Assembly: GCF_963921235.1 (NCBI RefSeq)
Contig: NC_086097.1
Coordinates: forward strand, 162,752,001-162,816,000
DNA from: Mobula hypostoma
Taxonomy: Eukaryota
Reading direction: 5' to 3'
Length of the DNA: 64,000 bases
Below the pieces are notes generated by a model. It had not been told where the DNA came from. It saw only the letters and a list, made by a program, of their open reading frames with translations, and did no database searches. The position numbers and the translations under genes are program-made. Below, piece by piece: positions 62,320-64,000 of this stretch. Within the stretch, counting starts at the first letter, position 1; each line of letters opens with the position of its first letter.

Positions 62320-63035
62320 GTGACAGTCTCAGCAGCAGCCACTGCACTTGAAGGCACTGTCCTCCAGTGTTGTCTTGGTGTTGTTTTTTCAGCGAATGCG
62401 CTTTTCTTCAGCTGCAAGCCTCAGCCTCTCTTCTCCTCTTTTTAGATCTCTGCGTAGTTCCATCCTCCGCTTGCAATGTCCTCCCACCTCTCGACGTTCA
62501 TGTTCAGTGACTTCATGTCTCTTGCAGACATCTTTGAAATGAAGATGGGGCCGCCTTGTGCTCTCTTGCCAGAGGCCAGTGCCCCGTACAGCAGGTCTTT
62601 TGGGATCATCCCGTCCGACATGCAGTGTACGTGGCCCAGCCAACGGAGACGGCGTTATTGGAGCAGGGCGAAGAGGCTGGGTATCTGGGCGCGGGCCAGG
62701 ACCTCATTGTTGGTGACTTGGTCAACCCACTTGATGTCCAGGATGCGTCTCAGGCTGCGAAGGTGGAAGGCGTTGAGACGCCACTCGTCTGGAGTAGAGG
62801 CTCCAGGTCTCGCTGCCGTGAAGCAGTGTACTGAGGACGCAGGCCCTGTAGATTGCCACCTTGGTGTGTGTCGTCAGCTTTTTGTTCTCCCAGACTCTCT
62901 TTGTCAGCCTGGCGAATGTTGAGGCTGCTCATCCGATCCGTCTGTTGATCTCGGGGTCTAGGGAGAGACTGTCCGTGATGGTGGAGCCAAGGTATGTAAA
63001 CTCGTGAACTACCTCCAGCTCGTAGTTGTTGATGG
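62320..63035 (-). mobile_element. RTE-clade LINE RT C-terminal fragment
   Basis: Minus translation YELEVVHEFTYLGSTITDSLSLDPEINRRIG*AASTFARLTKRVWENKKLTTHTKVAIYRACVLSTLLHGSETW..RRLRWLGHV, with stops and frameshifts. Confidence 0.88.
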
Positions 63036-63589
63036 TGTATATATATTGTATTTTTTTATGTATTGCACTGTATTGCTGCTGCAAATCACTGAATTTCACA
63101 ACCATGCCAGAAATAATGAGACCATTTCTGATTTCTTATTGGACCAATCTGAGAAAGATTTGTATTTTTTTATATTTTGCCTTCTCCACCGAAAAGCTAT
63201 CTTGCTTCTGGAGGCTAAAATTACCTGTTGAGAAACCTCAATAGTGCATTCATAACTTTTTACAGTACTGATCACATGTGCATCTTCTGTTAGTACAATT
63301 AATCTAAACCAAGGACTCCAAAAATAACAAACAGTGGAAACTTTAGGACTGCACATCATTATTCAGTTTAATAGAGTTCAGCAGACCAAAATCAGTCTTC
63401 TGCAAGTGTGCTACCTAATGACCTTACACTGCAGCAGATGCAAGGTCTTCCTCTACTGTGTTGTGTGTAGAGAAACAGTTGTACGCTATAATAAAAATAC
63501 CATCAGTGATTCAAAGAAACACTTCAGGAGTCTTGTTTGCACTCCCAACCAAGGTATAATTCCACAGGCAAGATTTTAGCTAATTTTGT

Positions 63590-63880
63590 GAACAGCGAGC
63601 TTCCATGAGCAGCAGAATATGGTAATCGGATCATCTTGTTGATTGATTTTAGATAAAGGATAAATATTGGCCAGGGATCTGCTCTTGTTAAAATAGTGCC
63701 CAACTGTTACGTTCATCTGACAAAGGAGATAGAATTGTGGTTTAGTACTCCATCGATAAAGTTCCCAATGAAATGCAGCATCCTCTTAGTACTGCAATAA
63801 AGGAACCACCTAGATTTTTCAGTTGATATCTCAGATATGACCTAAACCCATAAACATCTGATTCAGAACTGACAATGTCA
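63590..63880 (-). mobile_element. Diverged DeuSINE (SacSINE1/AmnSINE1-like)
   Basis: ggataaatattggccagg..ctgctcttgttaaaatagtgcc..catctga..ggttta..tgcagcatcctcttagtactgca resembles the Deu-domain reverse complement (recalled consensus). Confidence 0.6.
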
Positions 63881-64000
63881 TTCTTTGAACCATTCCTTCA
63901 AATGACCTTTTGAAAATAAGCTTAAAAATCATTCGACAGTAACTTTCACGTCTATTATGGAAAATTTCTTACTTTCTCTTCACTGAGTTCTCATCAAAGG

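Noticed and set aside
63096..63359. Possible upstream LAMA1 exon with a CAG|GTAA donor on -
   Set aside because: The translation lacks the expected LG3-LG4 linker motifs (e.g. HQFG) and would not supply the phase-2 K/R junction.
1..64000. CRISPR array, prokaryotic operon or endogenous virus
   Set aside because: No regularly spaced repeats, gene-dense segment or viral ORF was seen. The recurrent GATGCTGCCTGGCCTGCTGAGTTCCTCCAGC motif is a dispersed PLE terminus.

Overview
Eukaryotic vertebrate genomic DNA. The repeat content (CR1, Rex1/Babar, RTE, Penelope-like elements, V-SINE/DeuSINE) suggests a cartilaginous fish, probably a ray (inference). It holds the 3' halves of two convergent genes. 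On +, 8 coding exons of a RhoGAP of the ARHGAP18/28/40 family, best called ARHGAP28 (5068-24069, possibly with a long 3'UTR to ~30.3 kb). On -, the last 6 coding exons of laminin alpha-1 (LAMA1, LG4-LG5; 58913 down to 40720). All exons have GT-AG boundaries with consistent phases, except one ARHGAP28 donor that is ambiguous. Introns and intergenic DNA are full of transposon remnants, many with recognisable target-site duplications (TSDs). The most notable non-coding signal is a Penelope-like element (PLE) family whose terminal repeat carries a minimal type I hammerhead ribozyme motif (AGTC-CTGACGA-AGGG..CCC-GAAA-CGTC-GACT). It occurs in about 10 full or partial copies. Several sit in inverted or foldback insertions with 11-12 bp TSDs, where only one arm carries a ~40-nt terminal tail. 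Most ORFs in the supplied track are spurious or transposon fragments. Repeat boundaries without a TSD are approximate.
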